Made by a program: the position numbers and the translations under genes. From an uncultured Candidatus Saccharibacteria bacterium (lineage in GTDB: Bacteria > Patescibacteriota > Kazan-3B-28): 64,000 nt of DNA. Numbering within the stretch: position 1 is the stretch's first letter; every line of letters begins with the position of its first letter. Of the stretch, positions 8,929 to 19,029 are shown in pieces. The notes beneath the pieces are model-generated. The model was not told the DNA's origin, did no database searches, and worked only from the letters and a program-made list of their open reading frames with translations. The stretch covers positions 119,624 to 183,623 of the forward strand of contig CAYSVM010000001.1 of assembly GCA_964434605.1 (NCBI GenBank), given 5' to 3'.

Positions 8929-9519
8929 ATGAATTGGCATAAATACTATCAAACTCCACTTACTCTGGAGGAGTTGTTGAGAAATCTCTATGGCCAAAGA
9001 GACTTTCTTGTTGAAATCGTTGGCCTAGGCCCTAGAAAAATATTAGAGATTGGTACCGGTACGGGTGGGATGAGCATATTCTTATCGTGGCTGGGATTTG
9101 ACGTTACAGGGGTAGATGTTGATTCTCAGATTGTTGATTGGGCAAAAAGCGCTGCGACTAAACTTAATTCCTCGGCGAAGTTTGAAATAGCCGACGGATT
9201 TAAATTGCCTTACGAAGATAACTCTTTTGATCTAGTTTTCCACCAGGGTTTATTAGAGCATTTTTCCAACGAAGAAGTTCATCGCCTTCTTTCAGAACAA
9301 TTACGAGTAGCACATAGGGTCGTTATATCTGTCCCGAACCATTGGTATCCAAGACGTGATTTTGGTAACGAAAGGCTGCTAGATAAAAACAGTTGGGAAA
9401 AAATCCTTTCTCCATTTCGCATAACACAAAGTCGGTATTACTCACTTAAGAGATTTCCTCGACCATGGCTTTGGCGTAAACCAATACAGTACTTAGCGGT
9501 TATTGAAAAGAATGAGTAG
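8929..9519 (+). CDS. class I SAM-dependent methyltransferase
   Basis: Motif I ILEIGTGTGGMS and an acidic motif II. Confidence 0.7.
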   Translation: MNWHKYYQTPLTLEELLRNLYGQRDFLVEIVGLGPRKILEIGTGTGGMSIFLSWLGFDVTGVDVDSQIVDWAKSAATKLNSSAKFEIADGFKLPYEDNSFDLVFHQGLLEHFSNEEVHRLLSEQLRVAHRVVISVPNHWYPRRDFGNERLLDKNSWEKILSPFRITQSRYYSLKRFPRPWLWRKPIQYLAVIEKNE

Positions 9520-10930
9520 TACGCGCAAAATCGCCTACAACACAGTAGTACAGATTATATCTCGGGTAATCGTTACCGCGATTTCTTTGGTTGCATTAGC
9601 CTATATAGCTCGATATCTCGGGGTTGTTGGGATGGGCAAATACAACCTTATCTTTGCCTATCTTGGACTTTTTGGAGTCATTCTAGATTTCGGATTCTTT
9701 CTTTTACAGGTACGAGAAATAACTAAGAATCCCGAGAGAGAAGCGTATATTATTGGCAATGTATTCGGGCTAAAACTAGCACTAAGTGTGGTGGTCTTTA
9801 GTATTGCCTACATTACTGCTTTATTTCTTTACGACGACCCTACTCTTACCACCGGTATTTTAGTCGGAATCATTTCTCAAGCCTCACTCAGCTACGCTCA
9901 AATTCCAATCAGTCTCTTTCAGGCTCGTTTACAAATGGATCGGATAGCGATTGTTAGTATCATTACAAGATTAATTTATGTCGGACTAATTGCGTGGTCG
10001 ATTCAGACTAACCAAGGAGTGTTGGGGGTTGTTCTCTCTGCGACCATAGCTAATGTATTGGCCTATGTTATTCAGACAATACTTATTTGGCCACAAACTC
10101 CCACTATTCCTCTTTGGGATACAAAATACTGGTGGCATTTTATTAAAGAGGCCGCTCCTTTAGGGGTAGCTGTTGTCTTGGCAACAATCTATTTCCGGAT
10201 AGATTCAATCATTCTTTCTCTAATGCAAAGTAACTATGCTGTTGGTATTTACACTACACCATATAAGGTTATTGAAGTTGTTCTAACAGTACCTACAATA
10301 TTCATGAGCTCGGTTTTCCCCGTGTTAACTCGGGCATGGAGCGAAGGCCAAACTGCTGTAGTTCGGGTTTTTAGAAAGTCGTTCGATTTTTCTGCGCTAC
10401 TTGGAATTCCAATCGTAGTCGGCACCATGCTTATTAGCACTCCTCTCATGGTAGCTATTGCTGGGACAGATTTTGCGCCTTCTGGATTGGCGTTAAAGAT
10501 TTTAATCTGGACGACCTTGATGTCGTTTTTCGGAGCGGTTCTAAACTACACCATCATCGCGGCAGGTCGGCAGACTATGCTTACCCTCCCCTATCTTTTT
10601 GCGACCATATTTAATATAGTTGCAAACTTAATTTTTATTCCACAATATTCATATATCGGTGCAGCATATATTACGGTAATAACCCAAGCCTTTGTAATGA
10701 TCTACGCAGCCGTATTAGTTTTTCGTATTCTCAAAATTACTCCAACCTGGACGGTAACCCTAAAGGCAATTTTTGCTAGTGCTTTAATGGCTGGGGCTAT
10801 GATTTGGTTACAGATGGATAGCCTAGTTGGAAATATTGCTTTAGGGATGGTTGTTTATGGACTAGCAATACTTCTTATGGGGGCTGTCCCAAAAGAGATT
10901 CTCAAAGAGCTTAAACTATCCCGATCATGA
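9503..10930 (+). CDS. polysaccharide/oligosaccharide flippase, Wzx-like MOP superfamily
   Basis: 475 aa with about 12 to 14 TM helices and a polysaccharide-biosynthesis protein-like profile. Confidence 0.75.
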   Translation: MKRMSSTRKIAYNTVVQIISRVIVTAISLVALAYIARYLGVVGMGKYNLIFAYLGLFGVILDFGFFLLQVREITKNPEREAYIIGNVFGLKLALSVVVFSIAYITALFLYDDPTLTTGILVGIISQASLSYAQIPISLFQARLQMDRIAIVSIITRLIYVGLIAWSIQTNQGVLGVVLSATIANVLAYVIQTILIWPQTPTIPLWDTKYWWHFIKEAAPLGVAVVLATIYFRIDSIILSLMQSNYAVGIYTTPYKVIEVVLTVPTIFMSSVFPVLTRAWSEGQTAVVRVFRKSFDFSALLGIPIVVGTMLISTPLMVAIAGTDFAPSGLALKILIWTTLMSFFGAVLNYTIIAAGRQTMLTLPYLFATIFNIVANLIFIPQYSYIGAAYITVITQAFVMIYAAVLVFRILKITPTWTVTLKAIFASALMAGAMIWLQMDSLVGNIALGMVVYGLAILLMGAVPKEILKELKLSRS

Positions 10931-12012
10931 GAATAGCAATAGATTTCCGAGAGGGAGTGAAAGAAAAGCGGACAGGCAAAGGCGAATATGTCTGGCAGCT
11001 GGTTAGCGCTTGGGTTATCGCGGATCTCAATGACGAACTACTTTTAATTACTGAGCGGAATCAAAAAATAGACCTTCCTAAAGGTAAATGGAAGCAGGTC
11101 GCTATTCCCTTCAAGGGAATATGGTGGCATTTAGGAGTTATTCTTTGGTTGGAGTTTCTTCGTCCAGTCAATCTCTATTTTTCAACCACCAGCCTAATCG
11201 TTCCCTCGTTTGTCCGATCAGTAAAAACAATCACCACCCTATTCGATTTCACAGTTTGGAGATTCCCTTCCACTCATTTACCAAAGGTGGTAATGCTCGA
11301 AAAACTATTTATGCCTCTTGCCTTAAGATACTCCAACCATCTAGTAGCAATTTCCGAATTCACTAAACAAGAAGCAATCTCTATTTTCCATACTCCAGAA
11401 AGAAAAATTAGTGTCACCCACCTTGCTGCTGGGGCGCAGTTCCAACCAATGTCGGTTAGTCCAAAAACTATTACCGAATTACAACAGAGATATAACCTAC
11501 CAGCCAAATTTATTCTATATCTCGGTACTCTCGAGCCACGAAAAAATCTTAACCATCTAATTCAAGCCTACCAAGAGGTTGCATCTACAATCTCCGAAAC
11601 TAAACTCGTACTGGCGGGAGCAAAAGGGTGGGGGCAAGAACAACTGCCTACACCAGGAGTTGTCTTGGCTGGGTATATTGAAGACGATGATCGTCCCTTG
11701 ATTTACAACTTAGCTACCGCCCTAGTCTTCCCATCTCTCTATGAAGGGTTCGGACTTCCTCCTCTGGAGGCAATGGCTTGCGGAACCCCAGTGATTACAA
11801 GTATTACTGCTTCTTTACCAGAAGTTGTTGGTGGTGCTGCAATCCTTATTCCTCCTACTAACATAAACCAACTCGCCGAAGCTATCCGCGAAGTAGTCCT
11901 CTCACAAGACCTACGTGAATCCCTACGTACAAAAGGATTATTACAAGCAAAGAAATTCAATTGGGTAAAAACCCTCTCTTTAACTACCGCCATATTACAC
12001 AAATATGAATAA
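10927..12012 (+). CDS. glycosyltransferase family 1 (GT4-type)
   Basis: C-terminal [18 protein letters not shown], the GT1 EX7E region. Confidence 0.8.
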   Translation: MRIAIDFREGVKEKRTGKGEYVWQLVSAWVIADLNDELLLITERNQKIDLPKGKWKQVAIPFKGIWWHLGVILWLEFLRPVNLYFSTTSLIVPSFVRSVKTITTLFDFTVWRFPSTHLPKVVMLEKLFMPLALRYSNHLVAISEFTKQEAISIFHTPERKISVTHLAAGAQFQPMSVSPKTITELQQRYNLPAKFILYLGTLEPRKNLNHLIQAYQEVASTISETKLVLAGAKGWGQEQLPTPGVVLAGYIEDDDRPLIYNLATALVFPSLYEGFGLPPLEAMACGTPVITSITASLPEVVGGAAILIPPTNINQLAEAIREVVLSQDLRESLRTKGLLQAKKFNWVKTLSLTTAILHKYE

Positions 12013-13243
12013 CTGGCTTCCTCTCATTATTTTTATCACCAGTATGGTTGTTGGTTGGCGCTCTCCACGCAGTGCTGTTTGGCTTGCAGTTATTACTATT
12101 CCCACATATATCATAAAGATGGATATTGGGTTCTTACCAACAACCGTAGCGGAAATGATTCTTTTGGGAGCTTTTGTCGGTTGGCTAGCTTATTCTCCAA
12201 TTATTCGTCTAAAAGAACTGGGAAAAACATATATTCCAATAATCCTTCCACTTATTTTACTTGCAGTTGGATTAATTGTCGGCACACTCGCTTCTTCTGA
12301 TTTACGTTTGAGTTTGGGAATAGTAAAAGGATGGTTTATTAACCCAATTATTTTATATGGGATGGTTGTAGCGATTTTCCAATTAAAAAATTCCTCATCT
12401 CTTCTCAATGCTTTAATCTTTTCTACTCTTCCACTCTCGATATATGCACTAATCCAAGTTGCTACCGGAGACTTTATTACAGTCGATCATCGCGCTTCTG
12501 CCTGGTTCGGTTCTGCCAACTATCTTTCTCTTTATCTGGTTCCCATTCTACTTCTTAGTACTTATTGGCTGTTTGAGAAAACAACCCTTTCGCAACGAAT
12601 TTGGTTTTGGGTATCGGGCGGTTTGGGGATACTAGCTGTTTACTTTTCTTTTTCATATGGAGGGTGGTTGGCTCTAATCGCAGGTGGGCTGGTATTAGGG
12701 ATTTACCATTTTCGTTATCAGTGGAAATTCTGGCTAACTGGAGGCGTTTTACTAGCCCTTGCCGTTGCGACCCAAGCCACCAGCGAGCGAGTTGCTCGGA
12801 TGATAAATCTTGCAACTCAGTCTTCAGCCAGCGTACGGTTACAAGTCTGGGCAACCGATTGGCTAATGGCCCAAAAAAATTGGCTTACTGGGATTGGGCT
12901 TGGCCAGTATCCATTGCGCTATCCTGAAGTTGTTTCTAAACTTTATTCCCATCCCTTAGAAAACGAAATGTTACATGCCCATAACTTGTATTTCCAGTTT
13001 CTCCTAAATCTAGGAGTGGTGGGATTCGCTGGTTTTGTCTGGCTGGTAATAAAAGGTTTTGAGTTGATAAAGAACGCTTCCCTATCTTGGGTAGCACCAC
13101 TTTTTGCCGCTATAGTTGCCATTCTCATTCATGGCCTGGTGGATACACCTTATTGGAAAAACGATCTATCTGCTCTTTTCTGGGTAATCTTGGCACTGGC
13201 TGTGGTGAATAATAGGAATAAATCCTCTTCTCAAAATGACTGA
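12005..13243 (+). CDS. O-antigen ligase/polymerase-like (Wzy_C family) membrane protein
   Basis: 412 aa with about 10 to 12 TM helices and a periplasmic loop typical of O-antigen ligase-like proteins. Sits between two GT1 genes. Confidence 0.6.
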   Translation: MNNWLPLIIFITSMVVGWRSPRSAVWLAVITIPTYIIKMDIGFLPTTVAEMILLGAFVGWLAYSPIIRLKELGKTYIPIILPLILLAVGLIVGTLASSDLRLSLGIVKGWFINPIILYGMVVAIFQLKNSSSLLNALIFSTLPLSIYALIQVATGDFITVDHRASAWFGSANYLSLYLVPILLLSTYWLFEKTTLSQRIWFWVSGGLGILAVYFSFSYGGWLALIAGGLVLGIYHFRYQWKFWLTGGVLLALAVATQATSERVARMINLATQSSASVRLQVWATDWLMAQKNWLTGIGLGQYPLRYPEVVSKLYSHPLENEMLHAHNLYFQFLLNLGVVGFAGFVWLVIKGFELIKNASLSWVAPLFAAIVAILIHGLVDTPYWKNDLSALFWVILALAVVNNRNKSSSQND

Positions 13244-14387
13244 TTATAGAATCGGAATAGATGCTCGCTTATTCGGAACCGCTCAAGCAGCTGGAATTGG
13301 TACATATACGGAAGAGCTTATCGGTAACATCCTAAAAACAGATACAGAAAATCAATATATAGCTTTTGTAACTCCCGAGACGGCCGGAGTATTTCCTTTT
13401 TATTCTCCAAACCTTATTAAAAAAGCCGTTCCCTACAAACACTATACATATGGAGAGCAAATCTTCTATCCCCGCATTCTCCAGAAAGCAAAACTAGACC
13501 TCATTCACTACACCAACTTCAATACTCCTATTTGGCTCAAGGGGGTTAGAAGTGTAGTTACTATTCACGATCTTACTCTTTGGTTTTATCCTGGTCGGAA
13601 GAATAAGAGCCTACTGACGAGATGGGTTTACCGCTATGTTATCCAAAAATCCTGTCGCAATGCCGAGCGTATTATTGCCGTATCTGAGGGGACCAAAAAA
13701 GATATTGTAAAATATCTCGGAATAGATCCAGAAAGGATAGATGTTATCTATGAAGGAGTTGCCCCGAGAATTCGTTACCAGGCTGACCCGAAACATATAG
13801 AAGATATAAAGAATAAATATGGGATTACATCTCCGTTCTTTATGTATGTAGGACAGTGGCGAGCACACAAGAACCTAGTACGACTAATTAGGGCTTTTGC
13901 AATTTTACATCGTCGCTACAACTTAGACTACCAATTGGTGTTGATTGGGCAAAAAGACAAACTATCTCCCGAAATTCCTGCTACGATCAAACAACTGGGG
14001 TTACAAGACGTAGTCGTTACCACTGGCTATGTTGCCGACTCTGTTTTACCCAATTTCTATTCCGCTGCCGAGGCTTTTGTATTTCCTTCTCTCTACGAAG
14101 GATTCGGACTTCCCCCCTTAGAAGCAATGGCACAAGGAACTCCGGTAATCTCGTCTAATGCATCGGTAATGCCGGAAATATTGGGAGAGGCCGCACTCTA
14201 CTTTAACCCCACAGATGTAGAAGATATTGCAGCAAAACTTTATCAATTTGCTTCTAGCTACAAACTAAGACAAGAGTTAAAAGAAAAAGCAGGGATCCAA
14301 TTTAAGAAATATTCCTTTGCTAAGATGGCTCGAGAAACTATTGCGGTTTACCAAAAGGTCTTAGGTTCTATCTCAAGGACGGGGTAG
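13236..14387 (+). CDS. glycosyltransferase family 1
   Basis: [18 protein letters not shown] motif. Paralogous C-terminus to the 10927 GT. Confidence 0.8.
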   Translation: MTDYRIGIDARLFGTAQAAGIGTYTEELIGNILKTDTENQYIAFVTPETAGVFPFYSPNLIKKAVPYKHYTYGEQIFYPRILQKAKLDLIHYTNFNTPIWLKGVRSVVTIHDLTLWFYPGRKNKSLLTRWVYRYVIQKSCRNAERIIAVSEGTKKDIVKYLGIDPERIDVIYEGVAPRIRYQADPKHIEDIKNKYGITSPFFMYVGQWRAHKNLVRLIRAFAILHRRYNLDYQLVLIGQKDKLSPEIPATIKQLGLQDVVVTTGYVADSVLPNFYSAAEAFVFPSLYEGFGLPPLEAMAQGTPVISSNASVMPEILGEAALYFNPTDVEDIAAKLYQFASSYKLRQELKEKAGIQFKKYSFAKMARETIAVYQKVLGSISRTG

Positions 14388-14424
14388 AATAAAAACTGAT
14401 ATAACAACAAGCCTTACACCTTTC

Positions 14425-14640
14425 ATGGGGGCAGAAGAAATCATTTTACCAGCTCAGTTAGCAAAAACTGCTCAGGGCGACAAACTACAGTTTGACGACG
14501 GTCAGAGTCTAAGCCTTGTTTCTCCCCTACCCTATTTAGATGGTCAAGAATTGGTAGTAGCAGTTATCACCAAGCAACACTACGCACTAAGAAAACAAGA
14601 GCTGGCCCGCCAACTTCTACAAGAGATTGTTAAGCAATAA
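14425..14640 (+). CDS. small hypothetical protein (71 aa)
   Basis: ORF only. Fills the gap before the VanW gene. No recognisable motif. Confidence 0.35.
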   Translation: MGAEEIILPAQLAKTAQGDKLQFDDGQSLSLVSPLPYLDGQELVVAVITKQHYALRKQELARQLLQEIVKQ

Positions 14641-14646
14641 AACAAT

Positions 14647-16089
14647 ATGCCACGTTCTATCCCCTCTCTACAGTTGCTGGTTACCATCCCAGTTGCTCTT
14701 ATTCTATTAATCTTTATTAGCGGTGCTTTTTTTATTCCCCAGTTTGTTTTCACCGGCAGAGTTCTTTCCGGGGTAAGTTTGGTTGGAATTGATCTCGGAG
14801 GAGCTACGAGAGAGAAGGCTACCTCGCTAATTAGTACCCTAACTGACAAGGCGAATCTTAAACCGATAGAACTCCAATTTAACGGAAGTGTGTGGCAGAT
14901 CGATCCTGCTAGTGTAAATTTGGAAATTAAGCCAGAGCAACTAGCTCAAGCTGCTTTTTTGGTGGGTCGGCGTGGAGGACTTATTCAGCAGTCTATAGAA
15001 AGTTGGAAAGGGCTATTTCAAATAAAACAACCACTTATTGTTGAGGATAGTAGTCTTTATGATTTTGATCGGGCAACTCTAGCTAAAAAACTTCAACCAC
15101 TAGTGGAGGTAATTAATCAACCTCGTCGAGATGCAAAAATTAAGATTGTTAGAGATCGAGTAACGGAATTTGTTTCTCCGCAAAACGGCCAGGAATTGGA
15201 TGTAGAGAAAACCATAGGTCTAATTGCTGGTAGTATTCTTTCTGAGAACAGGACAATATCCCTGCCCGTAGAAATCATCTCTCCCTCTACTAGCTTGGCC
15301 GAAACAAACTCTTTGGGAATAAATACGTTAATTGGCAGAGGAGAATCAGACTTTTCTGGAAGTCCCAAAAACAGGCGGCATAACATTGGTGTTGGAGCAA
15401 GCAAGTTTGATGGAATACTAATCGAACCAGACGAAACATTTTCTTTTCTTGCTCATTTAGGAGAAGTAAATAGCTCCACCGGCTTCTTACCAGAATTAGT
15501 CATTAAGGGAGATAAAACAATTCCTGAATTTGGCGGAGGGCTCTGCCAAGTATCTACTACTGCTTTTCGCGGTATTTTACGAGCGGGGTTACCAGTGGTA
15601 GAACGGCGTAATCACTCCTATCGAGTGGTCTACTATGAACCAGCTGGTAGCGATGCCACAATATATCAACCCTATCCAGATCTTAAATTCAAAAATGATA
15701 CTGGTGCACATATTTTTATCGACACATATATTGATGGGAATAAGCTATACTTTGATTTTTATGGTACTGATACTGGTCGCACTGTTGAGTTGGAAGGCCC
15801 ATATATTTTCAACGTAACTGCTTACCCCGATCCAATTTATATAGACACCACCACCTTGCCTGTTGGAGAAGTTAAACGAGTCGACACTGCTCATCGGGGG
15901 GCAGATGCTGTGCTCTATAGGAAAATTTTTAAGGGAGGAAAACTGATTCAGACAGATACGTTTAAGAGTCACTACATCCCCTGGGCAGCAAAATATTTGC
16001 GTGGAGCAGAAGATGCGACTAAAGTGGAAACAAACCTAGAAAACATTAGCGACCCCTCTACCGTCTCTAACCCGACCCCCACCCTATGA
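14647..16089 (+). CDS. VanW-family protein
   Basis: N-terminal TM, then GGGLCQVSTTAFRG and NHSYRVVYYEPAG, typical of the VanW domain. Confidence 0.75.
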   Translation: MPRSIPSLQLLVTIPVALILLIFISGAFFIPQFVFTGRVLSGVSLVGIDLGGATREKATSLISTLTDKANLKPIELQFNGSVWQIDPASVNLEIKPEQLAQAAFLVGRRGGLIQQSIESWKGLFQIKQPLIVEDSSLYDFDRATLAKKLQPLVEVINQPRRDAKIKIVRDRVTEFVSPQNGQELDVEKTIGLIAGSILSENRTISLPVEIISPSTSLAETNSLGINTLIGRGESDFSGSPKNRRHNIGVGASKFDGILIEPDETFSFLAHLGEVNSSTGFLPELVIKGDKTIPEFGGGLCQVSTTAFRGILRAGLPVVERRNHSYRVVYYEPAGSDATIYQPYPDLKFKNDTGAHIFIDTYIDGNKLYFDFYGTDTGRTVELEGPYIFNVTAYPDPIYIDTTTLPVGEVKRVDTAHRGADAVLYRKIFKGGKLIQTDTFKSHYIPWAAKYLRGAEDATKVETNLENISDPSTVSNPTPTL

Positions 16090-17033
16090 TCTACCTACTC
16101 TATGGCCCAGATACCTTTCTTCTTCGCGAGAAACTTAATGGAATTCGGGAAAAATTTCTGGCTTCCCAGCCGGCATTTAATCTTACCCAGCTAAATGCTT
16201 CGGAACTAAAATCCGTCAATGACTTAACTACTCTTTTAGGAGGTGCTACTCTCCTAGGAGGCAAGAGGTTGGTCATACTTTTTGACTTACTGAATTCCGG
16301 AGAAGACACAGTCAAAGAAGGAATGAATAAAGCAATTCGCCAAGGACTACCAGATGACTTAGTAGTCATTCTTTGTGAGAGCTTAGATTTTGACAAACGC
16401 CAATCCTTATTCAAGCTACTGAACAAGCCAAAGACTGCTCAATTCTTCGCTCCCCTCACAGGACCCTCTTTACTACGGTTTGCAAAAATATTAGCAGAAA
16501 AGAAAAACCTTACTATTAACGACACAAACCTGCAGCAGATCCTTTCTACCACAGGCCCTGACTTATGGAGACTAGATAACGAACTTACTAAACTAGCAAG
16601 CTACTGTAAGACTCATCCCCTCTCTTCTGTCGTCATCCAAGAACTAATCACGACTAATTTAGAGAGTAACTTATTTGCACTAATGGATGCGGTTGCTAAC
16701 CACGACGCAGCTTTAGTGAATAAGCTCTTTACCGATTTATTAAACCGGGGAGAAGACCCTATCGGTCTACTAGCGATTTTGACTTTCCAGTTGCACAATC
16801 TCATCTTAATAAAAAGTCTATCCGCAAAAAGACTTTCTGTCGGAGATATTATTCGAGAAACAGGCTTACACCCATACGCTGTTTCCAATACTCTAAAACA
16901 AACCAATCGGTTTTCTTTAGACTGGCTAAACTCGGCATACAAACAACTAATGTCTATAGATCAGCAAATAAAAACCGGGAAAATAAACCCAGCAGATGCT
17001 CTGGACGAATTACTAGTAAGCTTCAGTCGGTAG
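16086..17033 (+). CDS. holA: DNA polymerase III delta subunit
   Basis: N-terminus MIYLLYGPDTFLL and AAA+-like delta architecture. Confidence 0.75.
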   Translation: MIYLLYGPDTFLLREKLNGIREKFLASQPAFNLTQLNASELKSVNDLTTLLGGATLLGGKRLVILFDLLNSGEDTVKEGMNKAIRQGLPDDLVVILCESLDFDKRQSLFKLLNKPKTAQFFAPLTGPSLLRFAKILAEKKNLTINDTNLQQILSTTGPDLWRLDNELTKLASYCKTHPLSSVVIQELITTNLESNLFALMDAVANHDAALVNKLFTDLLNRGEDPIGLLAILTFQLHNLILIKSLSAKRLSVGDIIRETGLHPYAVSNTLKQTNRFSLDWLNSAYKQLMSIDQQIKTGKINPADALDELLVSFSR

Positions 17034-17034
17034 G

Positions 17035-17268
17035 TTATCCTACTTTCTTACTAAGTCGCGATTTAATCCTAGCTGCTTTTTTGCGATGAATAGTTCCTCG
17101 GGAAGCAGCCTTATCCAACGCCTTAAAAGCGGTAGACAAACCCTCCTTTGAAGGAGCCGCAACAACTTTGCCGTAAGCGGTTTTGATCGCTTTGCGACGA
17201 CGCAGATTGTTTGTCCGCCGACGAGCAGAACTCCGTACCTGTTTTTGTGCTGATTTCATTACTGGCAT
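17035..17268 (-). CDS. rpsT: 30S ribosomal protein S20
   Basis: MPVMKSAQKQVRSSARRRTNNLRRRKAIKTA..., a basic helical S20. Confidence 0.85.
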   Translation of the reverse strand: MPVMKSAQKQVRSSARRRTNNLRRRKAIKTAYGKVVAAPSKEGLSTAFKALDKAASRGTIHRKKAARIKSRLSKKVG

Positions 17269-17389
17269 AGAAATAAAATTTAGTTGACTTACCCAAGATA
17301 AGCGGAATTAGAGTTGCTGTAAAGGCCTCCTTCACTTATCCCCTTGTTTGACAGATTAATAGCTTTTCAGTAAGCTGGCTTGTTATCTT

Positions 17390-18577
17390 ATGGAACCAAC
17401 TCCCAAACAACAGGCTGTTAGTCTTATTACTAGGGCAGAGAGGATCCTCATTGCTCCTGGTCGTCCAGATGCCGATTCTATCGGATCAGCTTTGGCATTA
17501 TCTATAGCACTGCGCAAATTAGGGAAAGAAGTTGGGATTGCTACCCTAGACCCGATCAGCCAACAACTGCAATTTTTACCAGAGATTGAAACGATTAAAT
17601 CGGATGTTACAGGAACCCAAGATTTTATAATCACCATAGCCAATGCGGATGCTGAACCAGAAAAGCTCTCTTATGTTTTTGAGAACGGAGTATTAAACGT
17701 TGTGATTACTCCCAAGTTTGGCCATTATTCCGCTGAGCAAGTTACCTTTTCTCAAGGCGGCCTAAAGTATGATCTTATTATCACCACCGATGCGGCAGAA
17801 CTCACCCAACTAGGGATTATTTACGACCAGTTTCCCGCCCTCTTCAAAGAAATACCGGTTATTAATATCGATCATCATGCCACCAATAGCTATTATGGTG
17901 CAGTCAACTTAGTAGATCTTACTGCTACCTCCACTGGAGAAGTTTTGGTTGGACTACTAGAAGCTATGGGTATTGAAATAGACGCAGATATTGCAACCTG
18001 TCTTTTGACTGGTATTATTTCAGATACTGGCTCATTTCAACACAGCAATACCACCCCAAAATCTTTGACTGTTGCTGCCCAAATGGTTGGCTTTGGTGCT
18101 CGTCAACAGGATATTATCAGACACTTATTCAAAACAAAGGCCTTTAGCACTCTAAAACTTTGGGGTCAGATTTTGGCCAACTTACAATTCGATCCAATCA
18201 ACCGACTAGTCTGGGCTACCGCTACATATGCAGACTTGTCGAATACCGAATCCACCCCAGAAGCATTTTCCGGTTTGATAGATGAGCTAATGACCAGCAT
18301 TCCTGGAGCGGAAATTGTAATGCTAATCACCGAACGAGAGCCACAGGTAGTTTCGGGAAGTATCCGAACAACCCGAGGATTAAATGCGGCAGAGATTGCT
18401 GAGCGTCTGGGCGGAGGTGGTCATCCGGGAGCAGCTGGGTTCAAACTAATGGCAATGTCTTTGAGTGAGGCTCTCCCACTTATCCTTGAAAAGGTTCGAA
18501 CATACCAAGTGGCTCGTTTGAGACAAGTTGCTCCAACTCCTACAGAACCTGCTCCAGAAGCACAAAATATCATATAA
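17390..18577 (+). CDS. nrnA: DHH/DHHA1 phosphoesterase (NrnA-like nanoRNase/pAp phosphatase)
   Basis: DHH motif INIDHHATN and DHHA1 GGGGHPGAAGF. Confidence 0.8.
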   Translation: MEPTPKQQAVSLITRAERILIAPGRPDADSIGSALALSIALRKLGKEVGIATLDPISQQLQFLPEIETIKSDVTGTQDFIITIANADAEPEKLSYVFENGVLNVVITPKFGHYSAEQVTFSQGGLKYDLIITTDAAELTQLGIIYDQFPALFKEIPVINIDHHATNSYYGAVNLVDLTATSTGEVLVGLLEAMGIEIDADIATCLLTGIISDTGSFQHSNTTPKSLTVAAQMVGFGARQQDIIRHLFKTKAFSTLKLWGQILANLQFDPINRLVWATATYADLSNTESTPEAFSGLIDELMTSIPGAEIVMLITEREPQVVSGSIRTTRGLNAAEIAERLGGGGHPGAAGFKLMAMSLSEALPLILEKVRTYQVARLRQVAPTPTEPAPEAQNII

Positions 18578-18582
18578 AGCCC

Positions 18583-18611
18583 TTGATTTTTTCGGTTGCC
18601 AATGATACAAT
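18583..18611 (+). promoter_or_regulatory. sigma70-like promoter of rpsO: TTGATT, 17-nt spacer, TACAAT
   Basis: Hexamers at 18583..18588 and 18606..18611. Confidence 0.45.
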
Positions 18612-18641
18612 GGAAACCGTTTTAGACAACACTTATTAATA

Positions 18642-18911
18642 ATGACTAATAAAGCGGAAAAGAAAACTAAGATTATCAGCGATAATCGTCGGCACGATCG
18701 GGATACCGGTTCGGTTGAGGTACAAGTAGCGTTGCTCACTACAAAGATCAACGACCTCACCGCTCACCTCAAAACCCATGCCAAAGATTTCCATTCACGC
18801 CAAGGATTGTTTAAAATGGTCGGCAATCGTCGCCGCTTGCTAGCATATCTCCAAAAAACAGAGCCCACTGCTTATACCAATCTAATTAAAAAGTTGAAGA
18901 TAAGGAACTAA
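18642..18911 (+). CDS. rpsO: 30S ribosomal protein S15
   Basis: 89 aa, HDRDTGSVEVQVALLTTKINDLTAHLKTHAKDFHSRQGL. Upstream of pnp, as in many bacteria. Confidence 0.9.
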   Translation: MTNKAEKKTKIISDNRRHDRDTGSVEVQVALLTTKINDLTAHLKTHAKDFHSRQGLFKMVGNRRRLLAYLQKTEPTAYTNLIKKLKIRN

Positions 18912-19029
18912 GTGCCGAGTAGCTAAGAGGTTGTCAGAAGTGAATCTAGATTTGACTGCAAATGTACGTTCGCTCCTGACCTAGCTCTTACCTCTCGCGG
19001 CTTGCTCCTGATCCAAACAGAAAGGTCTT

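Noticed and set aside
18912-19029. rpsO-pnp intergenic region as a possible RNase III autoregulatory hairpin.
   Set aside because: No convincing long stem seen by eye. Not claimed.
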